Assembly: GCA_951406725.2 (NCBI GenBank)
Contig: OX597821.1
Coordinates: forward strand, 78,430,001-78,494,000
Source: Octopus vulgaris
Taxonomy: Eukaryota
Reading direction: 5' to 3'
Length of the DNA: 64,000 bases
The notes beneath the pieces are model-generated. The model worked only from the letters and a program-made list of their open reading frames with translations. It searched no databases and was not told the origin of the DNA. The translations under genes were made by a program, and so were the position numbers. Positions 43,201 through 55,559 of the stretch are shown in pieces (positions within the stretch are counted from its first letter, which is position 1; each line of letters starts with the position of its first letter).

Positions 43201-44629
43201 CTGTGTACACATTTTGCTTTTTTTTTTTTTAAAGTCTGTATGAATGAGACTCCGTATATTAACATATGAAGGAATGGGTGGTTATGACAATACACTTGTA
43301 CTGGTGCAGTCTTGCCAGCTTCCATTGCAATTTTTATGTATACCATTGAGGGAAGTTTTGAAAGAAAGATAGATTATTTACAAAATTTTAAACATACAGT
43401 TTATAAAGATAGTAAAGTTTGCATTCGGAGAGTGAGAGAAAGAAATAAGACACGGTCCCCCAAAAGAACGATATAACGGAAAGAAAGAAATAAGTAAAGA
43501 AAGAAAGAAAGATAAAAGTGGAGTTTGTACCAAAAAAATGAGAAATCATGACATTTACGAAGACAGAAAATGTTTTGTTGTTTTCTTATAAATAAAGATG
43601 AAATATTTAACATGAAAAATTTAAATACGATCCTTAATTAGTATTAATTAAAAGTTAATATATTCGTCTCACCTTATCATGTACAGTAAACAAGAGAAAT
43701 TAAGTCTGATTTGGAGACCAATGAAAAATATTATAGTAGAAGCAGATTTATAAGAGAAATGATCATTTTTAAGATAATATCTTTTAAAGACACTGGACGA
43801 AACCCACTGAAGTTGAAAGAATATATCTGTGTAATGCATATACTTTTTGAAATATCATTTGCTTCGACCGTACGACATTTCTTAATAGCGATTATCTTCA
43901 AAATTTTACGCGAAGTAGAACAAAAAGCAAAACTCGTCCTAATTACTTGCAGCTATATTTATTTATTACACACATGTGAGTGAGAACACTTTGAGATATT
44001 TTTGGTATCTAACATATGTCAGATACTGCGAGCGCTGCTTCTGATTGGTCAATCCATGGTGATGACCCGAGGTCACGTTGACGGCACTACTTTTGTCATT
44101 CATAAGTTACAAATAATCTTCATTCATCACTTTCACTAGCAGGTAGAATGTAGCCATGTAATTAAACAAACATACTATCTTTTTTATATCAGATATCACT
44201 TAAAGTCATATACACATAAAATATAAACATTTCTGGTGGTAATTCAATTTTTTGTTGCCAAAAATATCACAACATATTTCGTCTGCTCGTCGAAACTCTT
44301 GCAGTGCAGGTACTGACTGACATTGCTACTCGAAAACAGGTTTGAGTATTATTAAAGTTATTGAAGATTCAATCTGTGTTATGTATTTCTTGAACGTGAA
44401 CTTGAATGTTAAGAAAATGTTAAACAGTCATCAGTTATCAGTCATTTCACCTGAAAACTTAGCGCTATAAAGTCGGACTATCTTCCTGCGGCATGACATA
44501 TTTTACAGTTACACATTGTGACGTCACTGACGTGAAATCAAGCTGTATTCATGCGCGCTTCAACACGATGTGAAGAATTTAGTTATTGGGTTAATAAAAT
44601 ATGGTCGTTTATTCGTGTGTAATAAATAA

Positions 44630-44773
44630 AATACCAAACTCATTCCCTATGGATACCGTATTTATTACAACTCGTGGCTTGTAAACGTATCTAACTCGCT
44701 TTCGCTCGTTAGATACGTTTACAAACCACTCGTTGTAATAAATACGGTATCCATAGGGAACTCGTTTGGTATT
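44630..44773. repeat. 144-bp near-perfect palindrome, probably the end of a DNA element spanning about 44000-44780
   Basis: 70-bp arms centred on 44701/44702; loop TTTC on plus, GAAA on minus. Confidence 0.95.
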
Positions 44774-46507
44774 CTCTATATATACAATATATATGAAGTT
44801 TAGATAATTCCCGTACTTTCATTAATAAATTCCTTTTAGCCTTTTTCATTAATAATTTTTGTTCATATATTTCGGAATGGTCATTTTGCCAGTTTAGCCA
44901 ATTTTTATTCTCTATTTCCACGCAACGTCTCCACGAGTTTTATTTCTTATAAACGCTAAGAACTATTCTTTACGTTTATAATCTAGTGATATTTTCTCAA
45001 CTAACTAAGCAACGTTCTTTTCTCCATTTTGTTTGGGATTAATATTTAGCTGTTGTTAATATTGTTTTTGATATATTAATAGGTGCCTGTTAGTTATAGT
45101 TGGGTGTCTTCATGCTAGTTTCTCCATAAGTTGTGTTTTTTTTCTCAGATTTCTTTAGTTCATGAGGATTTAATGTTTGGGTTTTTTTTCGTATTTTTCA
45201 TTAGTAAAAAAATTGCCATTTTCATTGAGTATAAGTCTGCACGCGTTAAATTTTATAAACGCTTTAACTATTTTACGTTTAAAATTTAGTTACTTTTTTA
45301 CTTCGCAAAGATAAGTTTGACATTTTATCGTTTATCTATTTCATTTGTATTTGGAATCGTTTTGTGTTTGAAATTATTATTATTATTATTGTTATTATTA
45401 TTATTATTATTGTTGTTGTAATATTATTATTTATTTATAGTTTCTTGGTAGTAATTGTTTACGTTCGATATTGGATATGATGTCTTTTAATCTTTATATA
45501 GGAATTTAACCTATTTACATATTATTTAATTTGAAAATTAGTTTTGTTAGACTATATTTCTTTTAATAATTAGAAAATATTTTTATTAAGTAGTATTATG
45601 TTTAAGTAAACTAGTTTATATTTTATTATCAATTTTATGTTTAACTTTTTTATCGTGTGATATATTAAATCTATAGATATTATACATAGATATTAATATA
45701 ATTAGTTTATATAATGGATTTGAGTATATTTTAACTATTTCCAATTTTTTATTGTATTATTCATGACTAGTAATAGTTTTTAGTTTTAATAAGACGCTAA
45801 AACATTAATACATTTAAAATCCAGATAGATGAATTTAATCGTTGAACTTAGTAACTTAGTTTGTTTATCAATATTATTTAGATATTATTATTATTTTGAG
45901 TTTGATCGTTGTTATCATTATTATTATTATTGTTATTGACTGGTTTTGTAGAGGACCGGGGATTGTGATTGTAAATCTTCATAGTGTATTGTTCATTGGT
46001 TCTAATATTTTTGCACCTTTCTTTAATGTTGGGGCTGAAAAGTTTACTTACTTTCCATTAACAAATAATTCTCACCATTATATCTTTTTTATATATATTG
46101 ATAGATAGAAGTTACGATAGATATTAATTCTTATATCTATTTATTTAGTTTTTTTAAAATATATATATAAAAGGACCTAACGTAATATATTTAATTTAAT
46201 TTGAGAATTAATTTCGTTAGACAATTGATCAATTATTAGGTGGTATAATTATTATGTAATATTAAATTTTAAGTTAATTAGGTATTATATTAGTTGATAT
46301 TTAGTCAACTATGTTACAGATTGATATATCAAATCTATGGATACTACACATGTACGTTAATTATATAGTTAGCTTATTTAATGAGTCTGTCTATATTTGA
46401 ACCATTTCTTATTTTGATTACAATTAAATGACTTGTACTAGCATTGTGTATTTTAATAAATTTTAAAGTATTTAATCATTTAAGTATTGTTTTAGTTTTC
46501 ACATTTA

Positions 46508-46565
<58 letters not shown>

Positions 46566-46615
46566 ATATTAATGCATATTTATTAATTAGTTATTTTATT
46601 ATTCTAGTTTACTTT

Positions 46616-46704
46616 TAACCTGATGAGTGGCTATATTTATATCGAAGTGATTTTACTACTACTCTAATCATTTCTTAAATATAGCCACGAAACAGGTGTC
46701 GTTA
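46616..46704 (+). ncRNA. Minimal type I hammerhead ribozyme, intact core, sense to the host pre-mRNA
   Basis: UAAC CUGAUGA GUGGCUAUAUUUA...UAAAUAUAGCCAC GAAAC-AGGU-GUC^ GUUA; perfect 13-bp helix II; cleavage after C46700. Confidence 0.85.
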
Positions 46705-46858
46705 TTCTATCTATTATATACGTATTTATTATTTTTTGCAAGTTACTTAATCATTGATATTTGATTGTTATTTTAATTTTAATATTTCTATTATATGTAA
46801 TTTTCTAGATGGTGTAATTTAATTGTTCATATTTTAGTGATAAAAGGTGGTTTTTTTC

Positions 46859-46929
<71 letters not shown>

Positions 46930-47010
46930 ACAAAGAGCGTAGATATATATATATATACTTATAGACACATACATATATACATACATAGAGAGACAGACAG
47001 GCAGGCAGAC

Positions 47011-47050
<40 letters not shown>

Positions 47051-47231
47051 GGATGGATGGATGGATGGATGGATGGATATTCCCTGGTTTTTATGCATGG
47101 CATATACGTATCTCTGTGCGTGTTAACATGCATAAAGATAGGTATGAATGTATGTATATATCGAATCATGATCATTGAGAAATACAGATAACTTCATAAA
47201 TCTTTAACAAATTTTACCTTTTCTTTTCCAG

Positions 47232-47281
47232 GCTATGAAAGACTTATGAACGAATTGGTCATCTCAGTCCTTTTCAAGTAG
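47232..47281 (+). CDS. PAN-domain gene, terminal exon 6a (GYERLMNELVISVLFK*)
   Basis: Acceptor CTTTTCTTTTCCAG|GC (phase 1); TAG at 47279-47281; AATAAA at 47459. Total CDS is 741 nt (246 aa). Confidence 0.75.
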
Positions 47282-47524
47282 AATACGCTTTATTCCAGAA
47301 GTTGTGTATCATTACGTTATTACTTGTATACATACATACATACAAACATGCGTACATACATACGGACATGCATACATACATATGTAGGTACATATAGCAC
47401 ATATACACAGATAACTAGATGAACAAACAGACAGACAAACAGTGGGAATGAAATGAACAATAAAATTAGATATTACAAGAAATACAAGGTTCAACGTAAG
47501 TGGTATTAACTTTTTCTATTTTAG

Positions 47525-47559
47525 GCAAAAAATGTTTATTTGAAGACTTGATCATCTAA
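47525..47559 (+). CDS. Duplicated terminal exon 6b (GKKCLFEDLII*), alternative exon or pseudo-exon
   Basis: Paralogous copy 293 bp downstream; acceptor CTTTTTCTATTTTAG|GC; TCA>TAA stop five codons earlier; own AATAAA at 47736. Confidence 0.5.
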
Positions 47560-48317
47560 GTCATTTTCAAGTAGAATACATTTTATTAAAGAAATTGTTT
47601 ATTATTATATTCTTACACAAGCATATACATACATATATACATACATGTGTATGTACTTAAATACGTACATACGTAAAACGCATATCCACAGATAAATTCA
47701 CAGAGAACTAGACAAACAGAGGGAATGCAAAGAACAATAAAATTAGATATTACAAGAAAGACAAGGTTCAACGTAAGTGGTATTAACTTAACGCTTTAAT
47801 GGGAATAGAAATAGTTGTAACATTACGGACGTGAGACCTTTACTGGGAGAAAGACAAAAGCATGTGGGACTGCGTAAATGGAGTATTCAGTGTGAGAGAG
47901 AAAGAAGCAGACGAAGTGTTAGGAAATGCTGTTCTATTAAAGGAAGTTAAGAAGGAAGGAGAGGTGGATGTTGATGTGCAAGTATAGACGAGTATTAATG
48001 TGTGGTAAATGACACATAAGGAACTGGTATGTGAGTGGTTGTTTGGCATGTATGATGAAAGCGCGGATGTGTTAAGACATAGGAACGAACGAGAATTAGG
48101 CAAGAGGAATGTGGAAGGTGTGTGTGTGTGTGTCTAAGTGAATGAGTGTGAGATGTGTCTTGCACTGAAGGAAGGCATGAGCAAAGAGAAGCGAGAGAGA
48201 GAAAAGGTACGAGTGCTTTAAGAGAAGAATGAATGAAAAAATATTTAAAAATTACGTGGCACTGGTAAAATCTAAACCAAAAGCAAATAACAGAAAAGTA
48301 CACACACGCGCATATGA

Positions 48318-48352
<35 letters not shown>

Positions 48353-48669
48353 GATGAAAAGAAAATACTACGATCATGGCACTCCCAAATTCTTCGTCTT
48401 TTTCCACCCCTTCTCCTCCTCCTCCTTCTTCTTCCCTACCAAGAATTCACAACAACCTCGAACCCACAAGAGTAAACAAGAGAGAGAGAGACAGACAGAA
48501 ACAAAGAAAATTTTAGCACTATACAAGTATTCTTTTAAAAAAAACTTTTCTTTTAATTTTTCTAAATTTAATTATTTAATTGTTACAGTTGAAAAAGTCT
48601 CAATGAGTGAAACCGGTACTGAAATGTTCTTTATAAAATTATTTTAGCATTTTCTATCCTGACTTGTTT

Positions 48670-48709
<40 letters not shown>

Positions 48710-48733
48710 TATATATATATATATATATATATA

Positions 48734-50346
48734 CAGTGGGGAGAAATAAATATTCGTACATATCAAAATTATTTATTTATTTAATTTCTAATGAACATAA
48801 ATAGGATATACCAATACTAAATTTGCATACACATGTATAAATTAAGAATATGTGAAAGAAACTAATGAATTATAGGAACTAGGAAATTTATATTCAATTA
48901 TAAATATTTAGGGGTGAAAAAAGTATTCGTACAGAACAGAAATAACTGATAAATCTCATTTAATACTTCGTAGCATAACCATTATTCAGTTCCACTTCAA
49001 CCAATCTCTTCTTGTAGTTCTCAATCAATGACTCACATGTTTCTTTAGGAATGTTTTCCCATTATTCTTGACAAATTTCTTCAAATTTGCAATGCAGATT
49101 GGGGCTCTTGAATGAATTTTATTTTTCAAATAACGCCACAAATTTTCAATGGGGTTCAAGTCAGGTGACTGGCTTGGCCATTCTAATAATTTTATATTGT
49201 GATCGACAATCCATTTTTTGGTAGACTTCGCTGTGTGCTTAGGGTCGTTATCCTGTTGTAAAACCCACCTTCACAAAGCTGGAGCTTTTCTACAAAGTCA
49301 CATAAATTATTGTTCAAAATATTTTGGTACATCTCTGCATTCATTCTACCATCTATCACATGTAAATTGCCAGTACCATTTGCAGAGAAGCACCCCCACA
49401 CCATGATGTTGCCACCTCCAAACTTTATGGTAGGAATTGTGTTTTTCGGCAAATAGGCGGTACCATCTTTCCTCCAAACATGGCTATACGAATTTCGTCC
49501 AAACAATTCAATTTTCGACTCGTCTGTTCATAGAATATTTTCCCAGAACGTATCAGATTTATCTTTATATTCATAAACAAATTTTATACGGGCATCTCTA
49601 TGCCTTTTAGTCAACAATGGAGTTTTTCTAGGAGAGCATGACTTCAGTCATTCCTATGAAGTTCATTGCTGATTGTTCGTAGTGTAACACTAGTCCCTGA
49701 AGCTAACAAATCTTCTTGCAACTCCTTTCTGGTGATCATTGCGTTTTTTTTCTTTCGATTCTTCGCTTCATTTTTCTTAAAGATCTAGGAGAAATCTTAC
49801 GTGGTGCACCGGATCTTATTCTGTTTTCAACAGTTCCCCGATTTTTTATATCTTTGAATAAATGAAGACATGGTAGAAAATGGAATACAAAGGGTTTCTG
49901 ATATTTTCCTGTGACTTTTACCTGCTTTCCACTGTTCAATAATTAAGTTTTTCACTGAATTTGTGAGTTCTTTACTTTTCGCCATTATTGCGATACTACT
50001 TTATGTTGTCTCAGTGCTGAATGAAGAAGCTAGCGTTTTGACACTTAAAATGACAACTGATAAGATTATTGGAACAAACGAGAAAGTTCTAGTAAAAAAC
50101 AATTATTTTAACAGTATTTTATGGCATAGAAAATCATAAATTTATTCTGCACGAATACTTTTTTCACCACTAAATATTTATAATTGTATATAAATTCAAT
50201 AGTTGCTATAATTTATTAGTTTCTTTTGCATATTCTTAGTTTATGCATGTGTACGCAAATATGGTATTGGTATATCCTATTTATGTTCATTACAAATGAA
50301 ATAAATAAAGAATTTTTACATGTACGAATATTATTTCTCCCCACTG
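48734..50346 (-). mobile_element. Full-length but defective Tc1 element with long IR/DR-type terminal repeats
   Basis: TA|CAGTGGGGAGAAATA ... TATTTCTCCCCACTG|TA; ~200-bp IRs with the inner repeat AAAAAAGTATTCGT. Transposase 48960-49985: [59 protein letters not shown]. Confidence 0.95.
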
Positions 50347-50358
50347 TATATGTATATA

Positions 50359-50437
50359 CGGTAATCCCTCGCAATATCGCGGTTTACCTATCGAGGTTTA
50401 TTATTTAAGCATAGATCGATTCGTCGAGGGATCACTG
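50359..50437. mobile_element. 79-bp Tigger/pogo-like MITE
   Basis: TA|CGGTAATCCCTCG ... CGAGGGATCACTG|TA. Confidence 0.7.
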
Positions 50438-52627
50438 TATATATATATTTTTGTTTTCTCAGTCGAATTCCAGATTATCTTTGCAATTTCGGCTGGTTAT
50501 ACTCGAAATTGCTCCAATCTGGCCATCCCCAAGGATAAACAAAGCTAAGAGCACTAGATTGCTTGGAAGAAAGCAGCGAATGTATACGAATGTATATATG
50601 TATTAATGTTTGTATTACTGTCAAGTTATGAAAACTATTTAACGTTAAACTGAAGGAGTACACTATATCATTTAGTATCGAACGTATTTATTAATCTTAA
50701 ATCTTTTACAAAGAGAGACGAAACAGTGACTTCGAAGTTTCTACCTGCTCGCCTTCGTCATATTTTTCTACAAATGTGTGTGTGTCTGTGTGCGTGTGAG
50801 TGTGTGTATGTGTGTGTAAATCCTTTGTGCATTTGCACACGTCTAAGAACGCTGATCCTTGTAACCATGAAGCTAGGTAACGTACTAACTCCACGATCAA
50901 CCAATGATAAAATCAGTAACAAACTGCACTTATTATCAATTGATTTAATCTCACATTTTTGGTTGAGGCTAAAAACATCTCATCGTTTCACAGGTTTATC
51001 AGCCATTAATAATGCCACTGTTTGACTCTATTTTATTACGAAATTGTAACAAACTTATATACTAATAGGTATCAGAAGATTTCGTTGCCCATATTCTCCA
51101 TGATTTTCACACTACTTCACTGGATCTGAGATGAAATATTTTGGTGTAACATACATGTGTATGAGTGTGCGCGCGTATGTATTAAATTAATAATTTGCAG
51201 AGATAGAGCAGTCATTTAGATTTACAATATGTTACCGGTATTTATCTTTTACGCCGAGCGGTATGATGAAATCCAATGTTTAATACAGTATCTTAAGATT
51301 TAACTAAATACCAAATCTACACAATCATCCGGAGTTAAAAAGTAAACATAAGATACATCAGCATGAATTTTTGCTTTATGTTGTTTATCTCCAGGTGAGC
51401 TGGAATCGAAAGACTTATGCTGAAAGGCACTCGGATTGTGTTCCTCACATTTTCGTGTATACCAAGACAGACATATAAGGTGAGCTGGTAACTTCAAGGT
51501 GATAGGAGATAATTTGAAGGAATGTATCTGATATTTTAATGACTCTACCATGATAGAATTATTATAAGCATGTACGAGTGTTTGTGAGTTTGTAAGAGGG
51601 AGAGAAAGAGAGCAATAGTGGGAGAGAGGAACTAAACTGCTATGAGACTTAAAATTGTCTACAATTTTAACTTTTCTTTGACGAATTCACTCGAACAAAA
51701 ATATCCGTTATCGTAACTTATTTAAACTTTCCACTCTTTTACTCACACTCACACAGGCTTACAGTAGTTTCACACATTGCACTCTGTATATCTTTATACT
51801 TCAAAAACATCATTTTTAATTTTAGCTAATCCAATGAGCGTATTTTACGGACGGAACAGAAAGACATCTGCCGGGTGTAGATGTAGTATTTTTAATCGAC
51901 TACACTGCTATTTCTATGGCATGTTCAGCAAATTCTTTAAGAAAACACCTGAATCTGCTTTACAATAAATAGGTGCAAATGTATTGTTCGATTCCTTATT
52001 TCAGAGTTTATATTTCCTCATCCTGTACGGATGTTTAAGATAAATAATGGAAGATATTACGCAAACACACCTTTACATATTTTCTTGCCGTATGCTGAGT
52101 AAACTTTCTGGAACATTCTGTTGCACACAAAGAGAAGTTCACAGATTTAGTTTCCGAATGTTATATTTGAAGGGTGATAATTCTTTGTTATAATTTTTGT
52201 TTCTGCACTTTTTCCATTTGTCCGTTGAGATCCAGTTATACCGTTGTTAAATAAAACATCTTTATCCAAAATATAGACTTGTCTATCTTATTTCTAAAAC
52301 ACTTTCCCCTTCTCTACATAAACTGTGATGTATAAAATTAATTCTAAAACGATAGAGCCTGACTTGAAAAATATCATTTGGTAACCAACCAAACCAACGA
52401 TTGAAAGAAATTTTAAAACTTTTATGCTAAGTTTTAAGATCGGTGAACTTTAAAATAATCGAACAAGAGTTTTCCAACTTCACGGCATCTCCGATTACGA
52501 CTAGGAAAAATACTCTGCTCAGTTCTGCCTCAGTACTTTCTACAGAGAGCAGTTTTGCAGTAAACCGTGACTTGCAACCGTAACCGGTCTCAAGTCATTC
52601 TTTGCCACTCAAATATTGCCCTAAATC

Positions 52628-52680
52628 TCAAACTTCGTCATCGATAGAAAACACTGGTTGAACCATCGCATTGTCTTCGT
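52628..52680 (-). CDS. Candidate terminal coding exon of a convergent gene ([D]EDNAMVQPVFSIDDEV*)
   Basis: Strong minus acceptor GTTTCGTTTTGCTTTTCGCAG; protein-like acidic tail; then ~2 kb without a recognisable TE, with AATAAA on minus near 51032 and 50686. Confidence 0.45.
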
Positions 52681-53089
52681 CTGCGAAAAGCAAAACGAAA
52701 CATCGATAAAATAGAGGAACCTGAAATAAAAAAATTCAAAGAAAAACATTCAGAAATTCAAAATGAGGTGAACATCAGTATATCTAATGTAATATTATTT
52801 ACACATTTGACGGATATTTGTCCTCGTCTTGTTTGTTGTTAACACAAAGTAAATAATGTAAATAATGTACATAATTCCTTATCTCTTAAATATAGAAGTG
52901 TAGTATATTAATATATACTGATCAGATCCGCTTCCAATTTTGTAGGTGAACTGGTTGGAAAGAAAGAGATGAATGTAGACGGTTAGAAGGAGACATGGTT
53001 GAAACGGACAATTGAAGGCAATACTCTAACTTTGCGTAAAGATCTGAGCCGCATAGAAGAGTGGTCCAAAGGGCAATGGAAAATGGAAA

Positions 53090-55320
53090 TAAAGTGAAAG
53101 GACATTTCTTGACACAAAGTAGAAAAGAAATGATTCAAAACTGTGATCGAAACCCTAAAACATTGCCTATGGTCAAAAACATTAAAGGTGCAGAGCTACA
53201 CTGATCACATGTCACTGTTCCAGAAAAACCGGTTATTCTCAAATATCCAAAGGGCTTAAGGGAAAATACAGAAGATAATACACCTCCTGTTGGAATAACA
53301 TCAGGGAGCAAGGGATTTCCCACAACCACAGTGCAGAGTGGATTTATTCCATGAGCTCCGAACTCCATCAAACGGAGGCTCAACGATAGAACCATGTATG
53401 TATAACAACGGAAGATATCAATGCATGGGTATCAAGTTCGCCTAAATGGAAAGCAGCAGGACCAGGCATAGTTCAAAGTTGCTGGCTCATGTGGTTTAAG
53501 TCAAAACACAAGAGAATTGTGTTGTAATTAGAGCGGTGCAGTTCCGGAGTGGATGGTAGAGGAGAAAACGACGTTGTTAATGAAATATCAGTTAAAGGGC
53601 AATGAAGCTGGCAATTACCAACCCATTGCTTGTCGTAACCTCCTGTGGAAAGTATTAATGCGTATCCTCTAAGGAAAAATTTATACATTACTTGCGGAAA
53701 ACGATCTACTGTTAGTAGAAAAAAGGGATGCCGAAAAGGATTAAAAGGCACCAAGAACCACCTTGTGATGGACAATGTGATAATGAAGAACTGTAAACGG
53801 TACCAATAAAGACTTATGCATGGCCTGGATAGACTTCAAAATGCTTCCGACATGTTACCGCATACGCGGATTTTGGAAACCCTCGACCTGTGTGGAATAG
53901 CTGAGAACGCGTGTGCACTGATTAAGAACACCATGCCTAGCTGGAAAACATGTATTTCCTCTAACACCCAGCAATTAGCGGAGGTAACAAACAAAAGAGG
54001 TATCTTCCAAGAAGACTCTTCTTCACCTGTTATTCATTATAGCCGTCATCCCATTTTCTGTATTTCTACGCAAAGTCAACTTGCACTATGAGCTGAGAAA
54101 GAATGTACTTCACCTCAACCTCCTTCTATTCATGGATAATTTAAAACTGCTCGAAAAACAGAACCTGAAATGAAGACGCTGGTTGAGACTGTGCAAATGT
54201 ACAGCAAGGATATAAGGATGGAATTCGGTATCTCGAAATGTGTGGTGCTTACTATGAAGGAGGAATAAATTGTAGGGGCATAGGGAAAATGGAAGATCCA
54301 TATTATGATGGGTACAAGTACCTTGGGATCCCGGAGCTGAACAATACCTTGCATAAAAAAGTGAAAGACAAGATCATCACTGCATATTTCAAGCGACTTA
54401 AGCTTCTCTTGAAATATAAACAGAACTCAAGGAACCTTGGGACTGACATCAACATATGGGCGATTGCTGTAGTCCGCTATAGTGCACCCATCCTGAAATG
54501 GACAAAAGCGGAGATTACCCAACTCGATCGCACTACCCGAAAGACAATGACAATTTATGGTGCCTGCCACGCTAAGGTGTATGGCTCTACATGAAGAGGG
54601 TCAAAGGTGGACGTGGACTAATTAGCGTACGGGAATGCATCAACAGGGAAAGAAGAAACATGGCAGAATATTTGGTAAACAGCAAACAAGATTTGCTGCG
54701 GTATACTACTAAGGTATACGCTTCTCAGTACTAGGTATTGAATACCAACTCAGTGAAAAAGAGTATATACCAAACAAGTGCATCGGACCTCGGCAGAATG
54801 TGTGGAAAAAGGGTCGACAAGGTGCCTCACATTGTTAGTACTTGTGATAGTCTTGTGCAGAAAGAGTACAAGCGTAGACGCGAGAAGGTAGCCGAAAATC
54901 TACACTGGCTACTATGCTGTAAGTGTGAATATGAGGTTACAGGTGCTTGGTACCAACATACACTAGAAAAGGTAATAGACGAAAAAGGGAAGGCAAAAAA
55001 CCTCTTGGATTTGTCCTCAGACAGAGAAAGTATTAAAGCACCGGAGGACGGATATAGTAACCTTTAGGGGGGACAAAGAAGAGGGCTTAATAATTGACGT
55101 GAGATCAACATATCATCATGAAAGAAAGAGAAAAGTTGATATATATGGAAACCTGAGAATTGAGATCGCTAAGATGTGGCAGCTACGAGAGTCAAACATA
55201 AAGGCTATCCCTATTGTCATCGGAGCATTGGGTTCAAATACCACCACAATCTAGGTGTATTGCAAAAGTCAGCATTACTTGGAACTGCACGCACATTGCA
55301 TAAAGTGCTGTCCGTCTGAG
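53090..55320 (+). mobile_element. R4/Dong-like retroelement, heavily decayed
   Basis: QKGCRKGLKGTKNHL-like stretch, KRGIFQEDSSSP, YKYLG, INIWAIAVVRYSA, KEYKRRREKVAENLHW, QKSALLGTARTLHKVLSV*. Confidence 0.85.
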
Positions 55321-55559
55321 ATGATTGATTTTATGGTACACAGAATAAGAATTGGAACATAGAAGTTCTGTAAGTTACCAAAGCAGCGGGGTGTCTAAGG
55401 AAAATCATAATGTAAATTACAGCTTTGGCGTTTTATTTCTTCTTACAGTTAGCTTGTCAGCCCTGTTAGTTTCGCTAGACCCCAGTATTGAGACCAATCC
55501 TGGGCCAATGGATTTTGTAGCATTCAGATACGAATTGGGAACTTAAAAAACTTAATTTT

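Noticed and set aside
47239-47300. Frame reading GHLSPFQVEYAL, reminiscent of proteasome alpha-subunit GHLFQVEYA
   Set aside because: Preceded by an in-frame stop, no further similarity, and another frame fits the PAN gene's splice phase.
51300-51551. 83-aa minus ORF in the TE-free island
   Set aside because: No recognisable motif or matching splice sites; better explained as 3' UTR.
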